This document shows positions 9,490-18,801 of a stretch of 64,000 nucleotides of DNA, in pieces. Every line of letters begins with the position of its first letter. Position 1 is the first letter of the stretch. Origin of the DNA: Alphaproteobacteria bacterium (lineage in GTDB: Bacteria > Pseudomonadota > Alphaproteobacteria > MPNO01); contig CBDFLJ010000002.1 of the NCBI GenBank assembly GCA_965248835.1, forward strand, positions 1,568,001-1,632,000. Reading direction: 5' to 3'. Both the position numbers and the translations under genes were made by a program. The notes below the pieces were generated by a model, which saw only the letters and a list, made by a program, of their open reading frames with translations, was not told the origin of the DNA and made no database searches.

Positions 9490-10011
9490 TTATAACCCGG
9501 TCTTGGCGACGGCGGCGTCCTCGGCTTCCAGCACCTCGTGCGCACGCCGCAGACGGAGCAGGAATTCGGCGCATAGCAGCACCGCCGAGACCGTGAAAAT
9601 CGCCATCAGCCACCAATCGAAGATGATCAATGTTTTGAACTGCCGCGAGTCGCCGGCAAACGACTCGATCGTTGCCCGCCAGCCGTAGTAGACCAGCGTC
9701 ATTGAGACCGCAGCACCGGCGGCATCGAGGAACTGCTCGAGCCGAACCGCTATCGGCCGCGGAAGCGCCGACACCACGATGTCGACCCGGATATGGCCGC
9801 CTTCGCGCAACAGCCACGGCGTGCCCAGGAAGACGCCGGCATAGAGCACGTATTCGATCACCTCGTAGAGCCACGGCATGTTGCCGAGCCCGGTTCTGCG
9901 CATCAGCAGATCCAGCGGTATGGCGATCGCGAACAGGCCGAGCGATAGTGCCACAAGCCAACCGATTGCCGCGTTCAGGCGCCCCAAGCGCCGATCGATT
10001 GCAGCGATCAA
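9490..10011 (-). CDS. dctQ: TRAP transporter small permease #1
   Basis: Four hydrophobic segments, GGHIRVD motif, located between dctP and dctM. Confidence 0.88.
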   Translation of the reverse strand: MIAAIDRRLGRLNAAIGWLVALSLGLFAIAIPLDLLMRRTGLGNMPWLYEVIEYVLYAGVFLGTPWLLREGGHIRVDIVVSALPRPIAVRLEQFLDAAGAAVSMTLVYYGWRATIESFAGDSRQFKTLIIFDWWLMAIFTVSAVLLCAEFLLRLRRAHEVLEAEDAAVAKTGL

Positions 10012-10083
10012 GATCCGGTGTCCATCTCGGTTCCTGATCCGGCCCGGCGCTTCTCGCCGGGCCGGGCAGCAGGTTGCGGCAAT

Positions 10084-11055
10084 TTACTTGGCGAACAGCG
10101 CGCGCAGCTTCGGTCCATGTTCGGGACTGCGCTTGATAATGTTGGCCCAGCCCGCCTCGCGTGCCGCGGCGAGCCACTTGGTGCGATCAGCGCCGGTGAA
10201 CTCGATCGTCTGGATGCCGTTCTTGGCCTGGACGACGACCGCCTTTTCGACGTCCTTTGCGAACCCGGTCGCGGCTTTTTCGTGCTCGATCACCACCTTG
10301 GTCATCAGGTCCTGCTGGGAGCGGCCGAGAGTCTGCCATTTCTTCAGATTGACCATGATCTCCAGATCGGCGTTGTAAAAGCCGGGATCGACCCGATACT
10401 TGGTCACCTTGTGCCAATCCGGCAGGATGCCCGTGATCGGCCAGCCGAAACCATGCACGGTGCCGTTCTCCATGTAGGTATAGACTTGGGCGATGTTGGA
10501 GCGTTGGGTGGTCGCGCCAAGCGCCTGGAAAAAGGCGGTGTAGATTGGCGCCACGCGCAGATGCAGCCCCTTAAGGTCGGGTTTGCTGATCGGTTTGTTG
10601 AGATACAGGTGGAATGGCGTATAGCTCATGATCCGACCGATATAGTGCAGCCCCTTGGCCTCGTGCAGCCGGTTCATGTAGGCCACCGCACCATTGGCGC
10701 GAACCTCCTCGAGGCTGCGTTCGAGCATCTTGAACGCATCCACCTCGGGCAGGACGTTCTGATAGTAGGACCCTGTGCAGCTCGCGCTGTCGAAGACGCC
10801 CTTGGAGGTCTTCTGGACCAAGGTGAACGGGCTGCCGATGGCCGGCGCTCCGCCGCGGTAATTCAGTGTCAGATCGCCCTTGGACTGCTTGTTGATATCG
10901 GCAATCAGGTCTTCGAACGGCCGCGCGAAATAGGTGCCCTTGGGAAAGCAGTTCGCCGCACTCAGGGTGCTTCCCGACACCGCCGGCCCGGCTCCGGCCA
11001 CCATCGCAAGCGCGATCGCGCCCGACAGGGATCCGATGATTTTGCGCATGTGCAT
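10084..11055 (-). CDS. dctP: TRAP substrate-binding protein #1
   Basis: Signal peptide, DLKGLHLRV, VYTYMENGTVHG; AGGAGG RBS. Confidence 0.88.
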   Translation of the reverse strand: MHMRKIIGSLSGAIALAMVAGAGPAVSGSTLSAANCFPKGTYFARPFEDLIADINKQSKGDLTLNYRGGAPAIGSPFTLVQKTSKGVFDSASCTGSYYQNVLPEVDAFKMLERSLEEVRANGAVAYMNRLHEAKGLHYIGRIMSYTPFHLYLNKPISKPDLKGLHLRVAPIYTAFFQALGATTQRSNIAQVYTYMENGTVHGFGWPITGILPDWHKVTKYRVDPGFYNADLEIMVNLKKWQTLGRSQQDLMTKVVIEHEKAATGFAKDVEKAVVVQAKNGIQTIEFTGADRTKWLAAAREAGWANIIKRSPEHGPKLRALFAK

Positions 11056-11111
11056 TTTCGCCTCCTGTGCTGACCGAAATTCTCAGGCCGTTACTACGCA
11101 GCCGACCGAGC

Positions 11112-11131
11112 GTGACGTGAAATCGCGTCAC
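11112..11131. promoter_or_regulatory. Imperfect palindrome upstream of dctP1, candidate operator
   Basis: GTGACGTGAAATCGCGTCAC, about 55 bp upstream of the dctP start. Confidence 0.35.
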
Positions 11132-11359
11132 AGGCAACATGCCCGCCGGAACGTTTTTGACGACCTGTCTCGGCCCCAGTCACTGACCCGGTCACTGGCG
11201 CGCTATTCGATCTGGGATCAAGACGGGATCCAGCGTTCTGTTTGGCCCGCGGTTCGGGTGTGAGAGACCCTCCCCAGGGCATCCTCATCCCCATATTCGA
11301 GAACAACACTCGGCGTGAACGAGATCGCTCCATAAATCGGCCATCGGCTCGCGCGGGCA

Positions 11360-11707
11360 ATTCCGCGCGCGCATCGGGGGGCGCATCGGGGCAAGCGCCA
11401 GGTTCTCCAGCGCCGTCAGGTGGAGGAACAGGTTGAACTGCTGGAAGACCATGCCGACTTCGCGGCGGATGGCGGTGAAGTTCTCGGTGTGGTCGTTAAG
11501 CTCGATCCGGTCGATGACGATCCGCCCCTTTCGGTGCGCTTCGGGCCGATTGATACAGAGGATATTGATACAGCGGATCATGGTCGACTTGCCCGAGCCC
11601 GAGGGGCCGCACACCACGACCTCCTGTCCGGCGGCGACCGGGAGGTCGACGTCGCGCAGGGCCTGGAAATCGCCGAACTACTTCGAGACCGATACGATCT
11701 CGATCAT
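11360..11707 (-). pseudogene. Polar amino acid ABC transporter ATPase (GlnQ/AapP-like) pseudogene
   Basis: MIEIVSVSK*FGDFQALRDVDL ... GPSGSGKSTMIRCIN ... VGMVFQQFNLF.HLTALENLALAP; in-frame TAG at 11678-11680, two tandem duplications, C-terminal half missing. Confidence 0.88.
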
Positions 11708-11724
11708 CTGTCGCAGCGCCCCGG

Positions 11725-12792
11725 TCATTGCGCGGCCTTGGCCCGCTCGTGGTCGATCTGGAGCCGAGTGAGGAACGGGACCATCGGATGAACCCCGAGC
11801 GCGCGCATCCGCTCCATGTCGAGGCTGGCCAGCGCCGCGGTCTCATCGGCGGCCAGACCGGCCGCGGCGGCATAGGCCTGCGGGTCGGCGACGAATTTCG
11901 CCCGCTCCGCCGGGTCGTTCGACAGAAGGTGCAGGGTCCTGGTCAGGTCCACCCGGTCGGCGCGGACGGCCGGATAATGCGGCGCGTGCGCGGCCGCGCC
12001 TTGCGGCGTGAACCAGCCGAGCGAGCCGTAGATGTGATGCCAGCTCGGGTCGAGCTGGACGACGTCGGGTACCCGCTCGCCCAGCGCGCCCGCACCGATC
12101 GCCCAACAACGCAGCTCGACATTGCCGGTATCGTCCAGCCGTTTCTCATCGAGCGACAGCAGGGTCTTGAGCCGGCCGAGGCGAAGCGGCTCCAACAGCT
12201 CCTCGTCGAAGGCGAGGTCCGGGTTGGCGTAGCGCTCGGTGCCTGGAAAATGGGACATCCCGCCGCTTGCGATGACCACCGCGCGCAGGTCGATCGCGGC
12301 GAGCCCGCGGGCAAGCGCCTGGCCGAAGGCGTAGCAGCGCTCCATCGTCGGCTGGGGCGGGACGTAGGCGTTGGCGTAGATCGGGATGATCGGCGCATCG
12401 ACGCCGAGATGGGCAAGCGGGATGCCGAAGGCGTAATCGATCTCCGCAGACGACGTGAAGGCCGGATCGAACCCCTCGGACTGGAGGTGGCGGATCAGGG
12501 CGAGCGAGCGATCGCTGGCGACCGCATGGGAGAAGTCGCGCCCGGCGAACGAGCCCTGCACCCGTCCGCCCATATGCAGCGTGAAGGCCGGCGTGCAGTG
12601 CAGGAAGAACTGGTTGACGTGGTCGTTGGCAATGATGATCCAGACCTCGGGCTGGAGCGCCGCCAGGGCCTCGCCGATACGCGAAGCGGCCGCGCGCACC
12701 CGCTCGACCGTGGCGGCATCCTCGGTCTCGGGCATCGTGAAGAATTGCGGCGCATGCGGCAAAAAGGCGCCGCCCAGCACATGCGTGTTCAT
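11725..12792 (-). CDS. Class III extradiol dioxygenase, LigB-like domain fused to a C-terminal LigA-like domain
   Basis: PHAP, NDHVNQFF, ASGGMSHFPG, GNVELRCW; tail DPAERAKFVADPQAY ... LGVHP. Confidence 0.85.
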   Translation of the reverse strand: MNTHVLGGAFLPHAPQFFTMPETEDAATVERVRAAASRIGEALAALQPEVWIIIANDHVNQFFLHCTPAFTLHMGGRVQGSFAGRDFSHAVASDRSLALIRHLQSEGFDPAFTSSAEIDYAFGIPLAHLGVDAPIIPIYANAYVPPQPTMERCYAFGQALARGLAAIDLRAVVIASGGMSHFPGTERYANPDLAFDEELLEPLRLGRLKTLLSLDEKRLDDTGNVELRCWAIGAGALGERVPDVVQLDPSWHHIYGSLGWFTPQGAAAHAPHYPAVRADRVDLTRTLHLLSNDPAERAKFVADPQAYAAAAGLAADETAALASLDMERMRALGVHPMVPFLTRLQIDHERAKAAQ

Positions 12793-12825
12793 CGCCGAGC
12801 CTCCCCGGATCCGCGTGGTGTGGCG

Positions 12826-13629
12826 CTATCTTAGAGCAGATTTGCGGCCCGCGGAAATCGTCGCGCCGAGTGCAAACAGGATCGCGGCCGCGACCACGAT
12901 CGCAGGGCCCGACGGCAGGTCGAGCCACGCCGATCCGGCGATGCCGCCGAGGACGGAAACACAGCCGATCAGGCTCGCCAGCACCGCCATCGCCTCGGGC
13001 GTTCGCGCGAAGGGACGCGCGGCGGCCGCGGGAATGACCAGCATCGAAGCGACCAGCAGCAGGCCAACCACCTTCATCGCGACGGCGATCACCAGCGCGA
13101 TCAGAACCAGAAATCCGAGCTCGACGCCGCGGACGTCCACACCTTCGACGCGGGCGGTATCCTCATCGACGGTGATCGCGATCAGCCGGCGCCACAGGAC
13201 GGCAAGGACCGCAAGCGCCGCCGCGCCGCCGCCATAGATCCAGGCGAGATCGGACGGCGCGATCGCCAGGATGTCGCCGAACAGATAGCCGATCAGATCG
13301 ACCCTGAACGCGGGCAACAGCGCGATCACCACGAGCCCCAGCGCCAATGCCGTGTGGGCGATGATGCCGAGCAACGTATCCTCGGCCAGCCCGGTGCGGC
13401 CGCGCAACACATACAGCAACAGGGCGCTCGCGATGCATACGCCGACCAGCCCGATCATCGGCTCGGTGCCGATCAGAAAGCTCAGCGCGATGCCGAGAAG
13501 CGCCGAATGGGCGACCGAGGCGCCGAAGAAGGCCATCCGCCGCCAGACGATCAGCGCCCCGAACGGCCCCATCGCGAACGCGACGCCGAGACCGGCGGCA
13601 AGCGCATAAAGCAGAAACCCGTCGATCAC
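12826..13629 (-). CDS. znuB: Zinc ABC transporter permease
   Basis: VWRRMAFFG.S.AHSALLG, YLFGDILA, VGLLLV.SMLVIPAAAA, PSGPAIV. Confidence 0.93.
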   Translation of the reverse strand: MIDGFLLYALAAGLGVAFAMGPFGALIVWRRMAFFGASVAHSALLGIALSFLIGTEPMIGLVGVCIASALLLYVLRGRTGLAEDTLLGIIAHTALALGLVVIALLPAFRVDLIGYLFGDILAIAPSDLAWIYGGGAAALAVLAVLWRRLIAITVDEDTARVEGVDVRGVELGFLVLIALVIAVAMKVVGLLLVASMLVIPAAAARPFARTPEAMAVLASLIGCVSVLGGIAGSAWLDLPSGPAIVVAAAILFALGATISAGRKSALR

Positions 13630-14366
13630 CGTCGGTCGGCCTCGTCATGGGTGTGATCGTGCATGTGTGGATAGACGCCGAAGGCTTCCGCGCCGTGCTC
13701 GCCGAACAGGGCGCGGAACTCCGGGTGGCGTCCGACCGTCTCGGGATGCCCGCTGCAGCAGACATGGCCGTTAAGGCAGAACACACGGTCGGTCGCAGCC
13801 ATCACCAGGTGCAGGTCGTGGGAGACCAGCACCACCGCGCAGCCGCGCCGCTCGCGGATCCGCTGAATCAGGCGGTAGACCTCTTCCTGGCCCTGAAGGT
13901 CGAGATTGGTGCCGGGCTCATCGAGCACCAGGAGATCCGGATCGCGCAGCAGAGCACGGGCGAGCGCCGCGCGCCTGGCCTCGCCGCCCGAGATGTCCTG
14001 GATCGCATCCTCGAGTATCCGGGTGATGCCAGTCTCGGCCGCGACCTGTTCGATGCGCCCGTTGCCGCCGGGTGCAGCCATGGCGAGGAACCGCCGGACG
14101 CTCAACGGCAGCGTCCGGTCGATGCCGAACTGCTGGGGCATGTAGGCGAGCCGCGCGCCGGCGCGGCGGCGGACCGTGCCGCGCGTCGGCTCGATCAGCC
14201 CGAGCAGCGCCCGAAGCAGGGTCGTCTTGCCCGCCCCGTTGGGGCCGAGGACGGTCACGATCTCGCCGTCGGCGACAGCGATGTCGACGTCGTAGAGAAT
14301 CCGCCGGCCGGACCGGCGGACCTCGAGGCCGGTGGCTTCGACCAGATACGCCGCGGCATCCATCAT
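13626..14366 (-). CDS. znuC: Zinc ABC transporter ATP-binding protein
   Basis: GPNGAGKT, ISGGE, LVLDEP, SHDLHLVM, CLNGHVCCSGHP, His-rich tail. Confidence 0.93.
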   Translation of the reverse strand: MMDAAAYLVEATGLEVRRSGRRILYDVDIAVADGEIVTVLGPNGAGKTTLLRALLGLIEPTRGTVRRRAGARLAYMPQQFGIDRTLPLSVRRFLAMAAPGGNGRIEQVAAETGITRILEDAIQDISGGEARRAALARALLRDPDLLVLDEPGTNLDLQGQEEVYRLIQRIRERRGCAVVLVSHDLHLVMAATDRVFCLNGHVCCSGHPETVGRHPEFRALFGEHGAEAFGVYPHMHDHTHDEADRR

Positions 14367-14863
14367 TGCTGCCCGGCTCCCGGATTGCAGGACGGGCACA
14401 GCCCCATCACCTCGATGGTCTGGCGGTCGGCGGCAAAACCCATGTCATCGGCGCGGCGGATCACCAGATCGGCGATCTCCGGATCGTCGAGCTCGCCGAC
14501 CGCGTTGCAGTTTCGGCAGATCAGGAACTGTGCCGAATGGGCCGGCCCGGGGTCGGGGCAGCCGACATAGGCATTCAGCGACTCGATCCGGTGGACCAGC
14601 CCGGTGCCCAGCAGGAACGCCAGCGCGCGATAGACCGTCGGCGGCGCGGCGGCGCGGCGGTCCTCGCGCAGCCGGTCGAGCAGGTCATAGGCGCGGACCG
14701 GTTGGTGGTGCTGCCATACCAGCTCGAGGACCCGCCGGCGCAGGGCGGTCAGCCGCAGCCCCTGGCGCGCGCACACGGCTTCGGCGGCGGCCATGGCATC
14801 GTCGATGCAAAGCGCATGGTTGTGACTGCCGGGTTTGAAGGTCGGCCTTGCCTGATCTTTCAT
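14363..14863 (-). CDS. zur: Zinc uptake regulator (Fur family)
   Basis: RLTALRRRVL, PPTVYRAL.FL, HRIESLNAYVGC, two CxxC motifs. Confidence 0.93.
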   Translation of the reverse strand: MKDQARPTFKPGSHNHALCIDDAMAAAEAVCARQGLRLTALRRRVLELVWQHHQPVRAYDLLDRLREDRRAAAPPTVYRALAFLLGTGLVHRIESLNAYVGCPDPGPAHSAQFLICRNCNAVGELDDPEIADLVIRRADDMGFAADRQTIEVMGLCPSCNPGAGQQ

Positions 14864-14886
14864 CGCGCCTGCCGTTGACGTGTTTT

Positions 14887-14905
14887 GTTATGTAATATAA
14901 TAACC
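14887..14905. promoter_or_regulatory. Zur box in the divergent zur/znuA spacer
   Basis: GTTATGTAATATAATAACC, an AT-rich inverted repeat similar to TGTTATAnTATAACA. Confidence 0.8.
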
Positions 14906-14935
14906 CTTCCAGAGCCCAACCACAATACGGGTGTG

Positions 14936-15829
14936 ATGGCCCCTCTTGGGCGAGCCAGCGGACACGGGGCGTTCGTCACGGCGCTGTGCATGGCTGTCGT
15001 TCTCGGCGGCGGGCCGGCGCAGGCGTCCGATCCGCCTGTCGTCGTCGCCTCGATAAAGCCGGTGCATGATCTCGCCGCGGGCGTGATGGCGGGCATCGCG
15101 CGGCCGCACCTGCTGCTTCCGCCGGGGACCTCGCCGCACGCCCATTCCCTGCGGCCTTCGGCGGCGCGCATCCTGGCAAAGGCGGATCTGATCCTGTGGA
15201 TCGGACCGGGCCTCGAAAGCTTTCTCGCCAAACCCATCCGAACGCTCGGCCGCAAGGCGCTGAGCCTCGCCCTGGTAGAGGCCGAGGGCATGGCCTTGCT
15301 CCCCTCGCAGGAGCGCGGCGCGCGCGGCATCGATCCGCATCTGTGGCTCGATCCGCGCAACGCACGGCAGATCTCGCGCCTCGTCGCGGCCACGCTGGCC
15401 CGGCTCGATCCCGGGCGGGCCGGCCTTTATCACGCGAACCTGGCCACCGAGCTTGCGGTGATCGACAGGGCCGAGGCGGAGACGCGGATGATCCTCGCCC
15501 CGGTCAGGCACCTGCCCTATGTCGTCTTCCATGACGCCTTTGGGTATTTCGAGAAACGGTTCGGGACCGGGGCGATCGGCGCGGTAACGCTGTCGCCCGA
15601 ACGCAAGCCCGGCGCGCGGCGGGTCGCGGAGATTCGCGCGCGGATCAACGCCACCGGCGCGCGCTGCGTCTTCTCCGAACCCCAGTTCGAGCCGGCGTTG
15701 CTGCGTACCATCCTGCGCGGCAGCGCCGCGCGCGCCGCCGTGCTTGATCCGATGGGCGGCAGCGTGCGCAGTTATGGCGCAATGCTGCGCGCGATCGCGC
15801 GCGGGATTCGGGACTGCCTGGCCCCCTAG
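14936..15829 (+). CDS. znuA: Zinc ABC transporter substrate-binding protein
   Basis: VVASIKPV, SPHAHSLRPS, DPHLWLDP, VFHDAFGYFE, CVFSEPQF; start codon uncertain. Confidence 0.9.
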   Translation: MAPLGRASGHGAFVTALCMAVVLGGGPAQASDPPVVVASIKPVHDLAAGVMAGIARPHLLLPPGTSPHAHSLRPSAARILAKADLILWIGPGLESFLAKPIRTLGRKALSLALVEAEGMALLPSQERGARGIDPHLWLDPRNARQISRLVAATLARLDPGRAGLYHANLATELAVIDRAEAETRMILAPVRHLPYVVFHDAFGYFEKRFGTGAIGAVTLSPERKPGARRVAEIRARINATGARCVFSEPQFEPALLRTILRGSAARAAVLDPMGGSVRSYGAMLRAIARGIRDCLAP

Positions 15830-15905
15830 CGAATACCCCGAACACGCTGGACGAGATGGTCCACAAGGCGGACAACTCGGCTGGACCATCCGAGCGGAGA
15901 TACCG

Positions 15906-16848
15906 ATGCACCAACATGCGCCGATCGACATTCATGCCCACTACTACCCGGAGGGGTATCTGCGGCTGATCGAAAAGCACGGCTCGCGCTTCGATGCGGG
16001 CTGCGATGCCGCCGCGCTTCACCGATGTCGATCTGCGCGTTGCGGAGATGGACGAGATCGGCGTGGAGGTCCACGCGCTGTCGCTGACCATGCCGATGGT
16101 CGATTTCGCCGACGGCCCGTTCGCGCGCGATCTGTCGGCGGCCTTCAACGACGGCTGCGCGGAGGCCCATGGAAAGTATCCCGACCGCCTGGTGGGGTTT
16201 GCGATGCTGCCTTGGCACGCCCCCGATCTGGCGGTCGAGGAGCTCGCACGCGCAGCCACCCTGCCCGGCATCAAGGGCGTCTACGCGCCGACCCACGTGC
16301 TGGAGCACGAGCTCGGCGATGATCTGTTCCATCCGATCTACGAGATGATGGAGGATCTGGGCCTGGCGCTGTTCCTCCATCCGATCCATGTCGTCGCGCC
16401 CGAGCGGCTCAGCCGCTATTACCTCAACAACCTGATCGGCAACCCGACGGAATCGGGGATAGCCGCAGCCCATTTCATCTTCTCAGGGACCCTCGACAGG
16501 TTCCGAAGGCTCGCCGTCTGCCTGCCCCATGCCGGCGGCATCTTTCCCTATGTTGTGGGCCGCTTCGAGCACGGCCACAACGTCCGGCCGGAAATGGCCC
16601 ATCGCGACAACGGGCCGCTCGAATATCTCCGCAGGTTCTACTACGACACGGTGAGCCATTCGCCGGCGGCGCTGTCCTACCTGATCGACCTGGTCGGCGC
16701 CGACCGGGTGATGCTGGGCAGCGACTACTGCTTCGATATGGGCTACGAGCGCCCGGTCGAAATCGTCACCGCCCACCCCGGGATCGACGACCAGGCGGCC
16801 GCGCGGATCCTCGGCGGCAACGCCCGCGCCCTGCTGGGCTTGGCGTAG
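15906..16848 (+). pseudogene. Amidohydrolase-2 (ACMSD-like) protein with a frameshift near 16000
   Basis: IDIHAHYYP lies in one frame; FLHP, HAGG, FYYDT and LGSDYCFDMG lie in another frame. Confidence 0.78.
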
Positions 16849-16907
16849 GGACGAACATCCGCCTATCATGAGTCCCGATAAGACAGGGGCGGCTGAAGAG
16901 GTCGGGC

Positions 16908-18227
16908 GTGGAGTGGTGGATCCTCCTGCTCTTTATTTTCGGCGGCGCGATGCTGCTGCTGGCCAAAGGCATGCCGGTGGCCTTCGCCTTCGTCCTGGTC
17001 AACATCCTGGGCGTGCTCTATCTGCAGGGCGGCGGGTCGGCGTTCAACGCGCTGGCGCGCAACATGTTCCAATCGGTCCACAGCTTCACCCTGCTGCCGA
17101 TCCCGCTGTTCGTGCTGATGGGCGAGATCCTGTGGCACTCCAAGGTCGCATTCAACGCGATCGACGCGATCGATAAGCTGCTCGGCCGGCTGCCCGGCCG
17201 GCTCAGCATCCTGACCGTCGTCTCGGGCACCGTCTTTTCCAGCCTGAGCGGGTCCACGGTCGCCAACACCGCGGTGCTCGGCACCATTCTGCTGCCGGAC
17301 ATGGAACGGCGCGGCTACCAGCGGCCGATGTCGATCGGCCCCATCCTGGCGAGCGGCGGTCTGGCAATGATCGTCCCGCCGAGCGGGCTTGCGGTGATCC
17401 TTGCCGCGATCGGCCACCTGTCGATCGGCCGTATCCTGATCGGCGCCTTGATCCCCGGGCTGATCATGGCCGCGCTCTACCTCGCCTATATCCTGATCCG
17501 CTGCCGGATCCAGCCTGGGTTGACCCCGTCCTACGAGGTGGACCCGGTGCCGCTGCGCGAGAGGATCTGGGGGATCATCAAATACATCCTGCCGCTGGGC
17601 ATCATCGTCTTCCTGGTGACCGGCGTGATCGTCGTCGGCGTCGCCACGCCGACCGAGGCCGCCGCACTCGGCTGCCTGGGCGCGTTCATCGTCGCCGCGC
17701 TCTACAAGAGCCTCGACTGGGGGGTGATCAAACGGGCGATGACCGGCACCGTCCAGGTCTCCGTCATTACCCTCACCATCCTGATGGGCGCGGTCGGATT
17801 TTCGCAGATCCTCGCCTTTTCCGGCGCCTCGCGCGGGCTGGTCGAGGCGGTGACCGACCTGCCGGTCCATCCGATCGTCCTGGTGCTCATCATGCAGCTC
17901 ATGGTGCTGCTGCTCGGGATGTTCATGGAGCAGATCTCGATCATGATGATCACGCTGCCGCTCTACATCCCGATCATCAAGGTGCTGGAATACGATCCGA
18001 TCTGGTTCGGCGTTCTGATGCTGATCAACCTTCAGATGGCACTGACCACCCCGCCCTTCGGCATCCTGCTGTTCGTCATGAAGGGAGTCGCCCCGGCCGA
18101 TACCAAGATGCGCGAGATCTACATGGCGGGGCTGCCGTTCCTGGTGTGCGATTTCATTGCGCTGATGATCGTCTTGTTCGTCCCCGACACGGTCGGTTGG
18201 CTGCAGAATCTGGCGTATGGCCGATGA
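16908..18227 (+). CDS. dctM: TRAP transporter large permease #2
   Basis: IPLFVLMGE, SSLSGSTVA, IVPPS, PTEAAA, TTPPFG; clear paralog of dctM #1. Confidence 0.93.
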   Translation: MEWWILLLFIFGGAMLLLAKGMPVAFAFVLVNILGVLYLQGGGSAFNALARNMFQSVHSFTLLPIPLFVLMGEILWHSKVAFNAIDAIDKLLGRLPGRLSILTVVSGTVFSSLSGSTVANTAVLGTILLPDMERRGYQRPMSIGPILASGGLAMIVPPSGLAVILAAIGHLSIGRILIGALIPGLIMAALYLAYILIRCRIQPGLTPSYEVDPVPLRERIWGIIKYILPLGIIVFLVTGVIVVGVATPTEAAALGCLGAFIVAALYKSLDWGVIKRAMTGTVQVSVITLTILMGAVGFSQILAFSGASRGLVEAVTDLPVHPIVLVLIMQLMVLLLGMFMEQISIMMITLPLYIPIIKVLEYDPIWFGVLMLINLQMALTTPPFGILLFVMKGVAPADTKMREIYMAGLPFLVCDFIALMIVLFVPDTVGWLQNLAYGR

Positions 18228-18718
18228 AGCGGATCGTGAAAGCCTATGACGAATTCGTCGTCGCCCTGGGCGTGCTGTCGGGCGTGGCCATCCTGCTGGC
18301 GATGACGCTGGTGGTGGTCGACGTCCTGGGCCGATATTTCCTGAGCCTGCCGTTGGCCTGGGTGAACGAATGGACCGAGCACCTGATCGTGTTCATCCCG
18401 TTCTTCGGCATGGCCTGGCTGGTTCGCCGGCTGGGTGGCCATGTCCGCATCGACTTGGTGGTCAACGCGCTCAGCCCGCGCGCGCAAAACATCCTGGGCG
18501 TCTGGATTGCCGTCCTGTGCGCAGGAACCTGCGCGTTCGCAGCCTACTATGCCGGCATCGAGGCCTGGAAGAACTATGTCCGCGGCATCCAGACAATCGG
18601 CAACTTTCCCGTGCCCAAATACCCGCTGATCGCCGCGGTCTGCCTGGGCATGGGTCTGTGTGCCATCGAGTTCGCGAGGCTTGGAAGGGAGTACTATCAA
18701 AGACTGCGCGGCGGCTAA
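18224..18718 (+). CDS. dctQ: TRAP transporter small permease #2
   Basis: GGHVRIDL, four TM segments, ATGA overlap with dctM. Confidence 0.88.
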   Translation: MKRIVKAYDEFVVALGVLSGVAILLAMTLVVVDVLGRYFLSLPLAWVNEWTEHLIVFIPFFGMAWLVRRLGGHVRIDLVVNALSPRAQNILGVWIAVLCAGTCAFAAYYAGIEAWKNYVRGIQTIGNFPVPKYPLIAAVCLGMGLCAIEFARLGREYYQRLRGG

Positions 18719-18801
18719 CTCGGTTGGCCGACCCCGCCGCAGCGAACAACGTGAACACTGCCGGCGCGCCTTGCCGGTCGACATCAGAACGGGAGGTCAA
18801 G

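Noticed and set aside
11678-11680. TAG read-through or pyrrolysine recoding in the ABC ATPase
   Set aside because: The gene has other lesions and is truncated, so a TGG to TAG nonsense change is simpler
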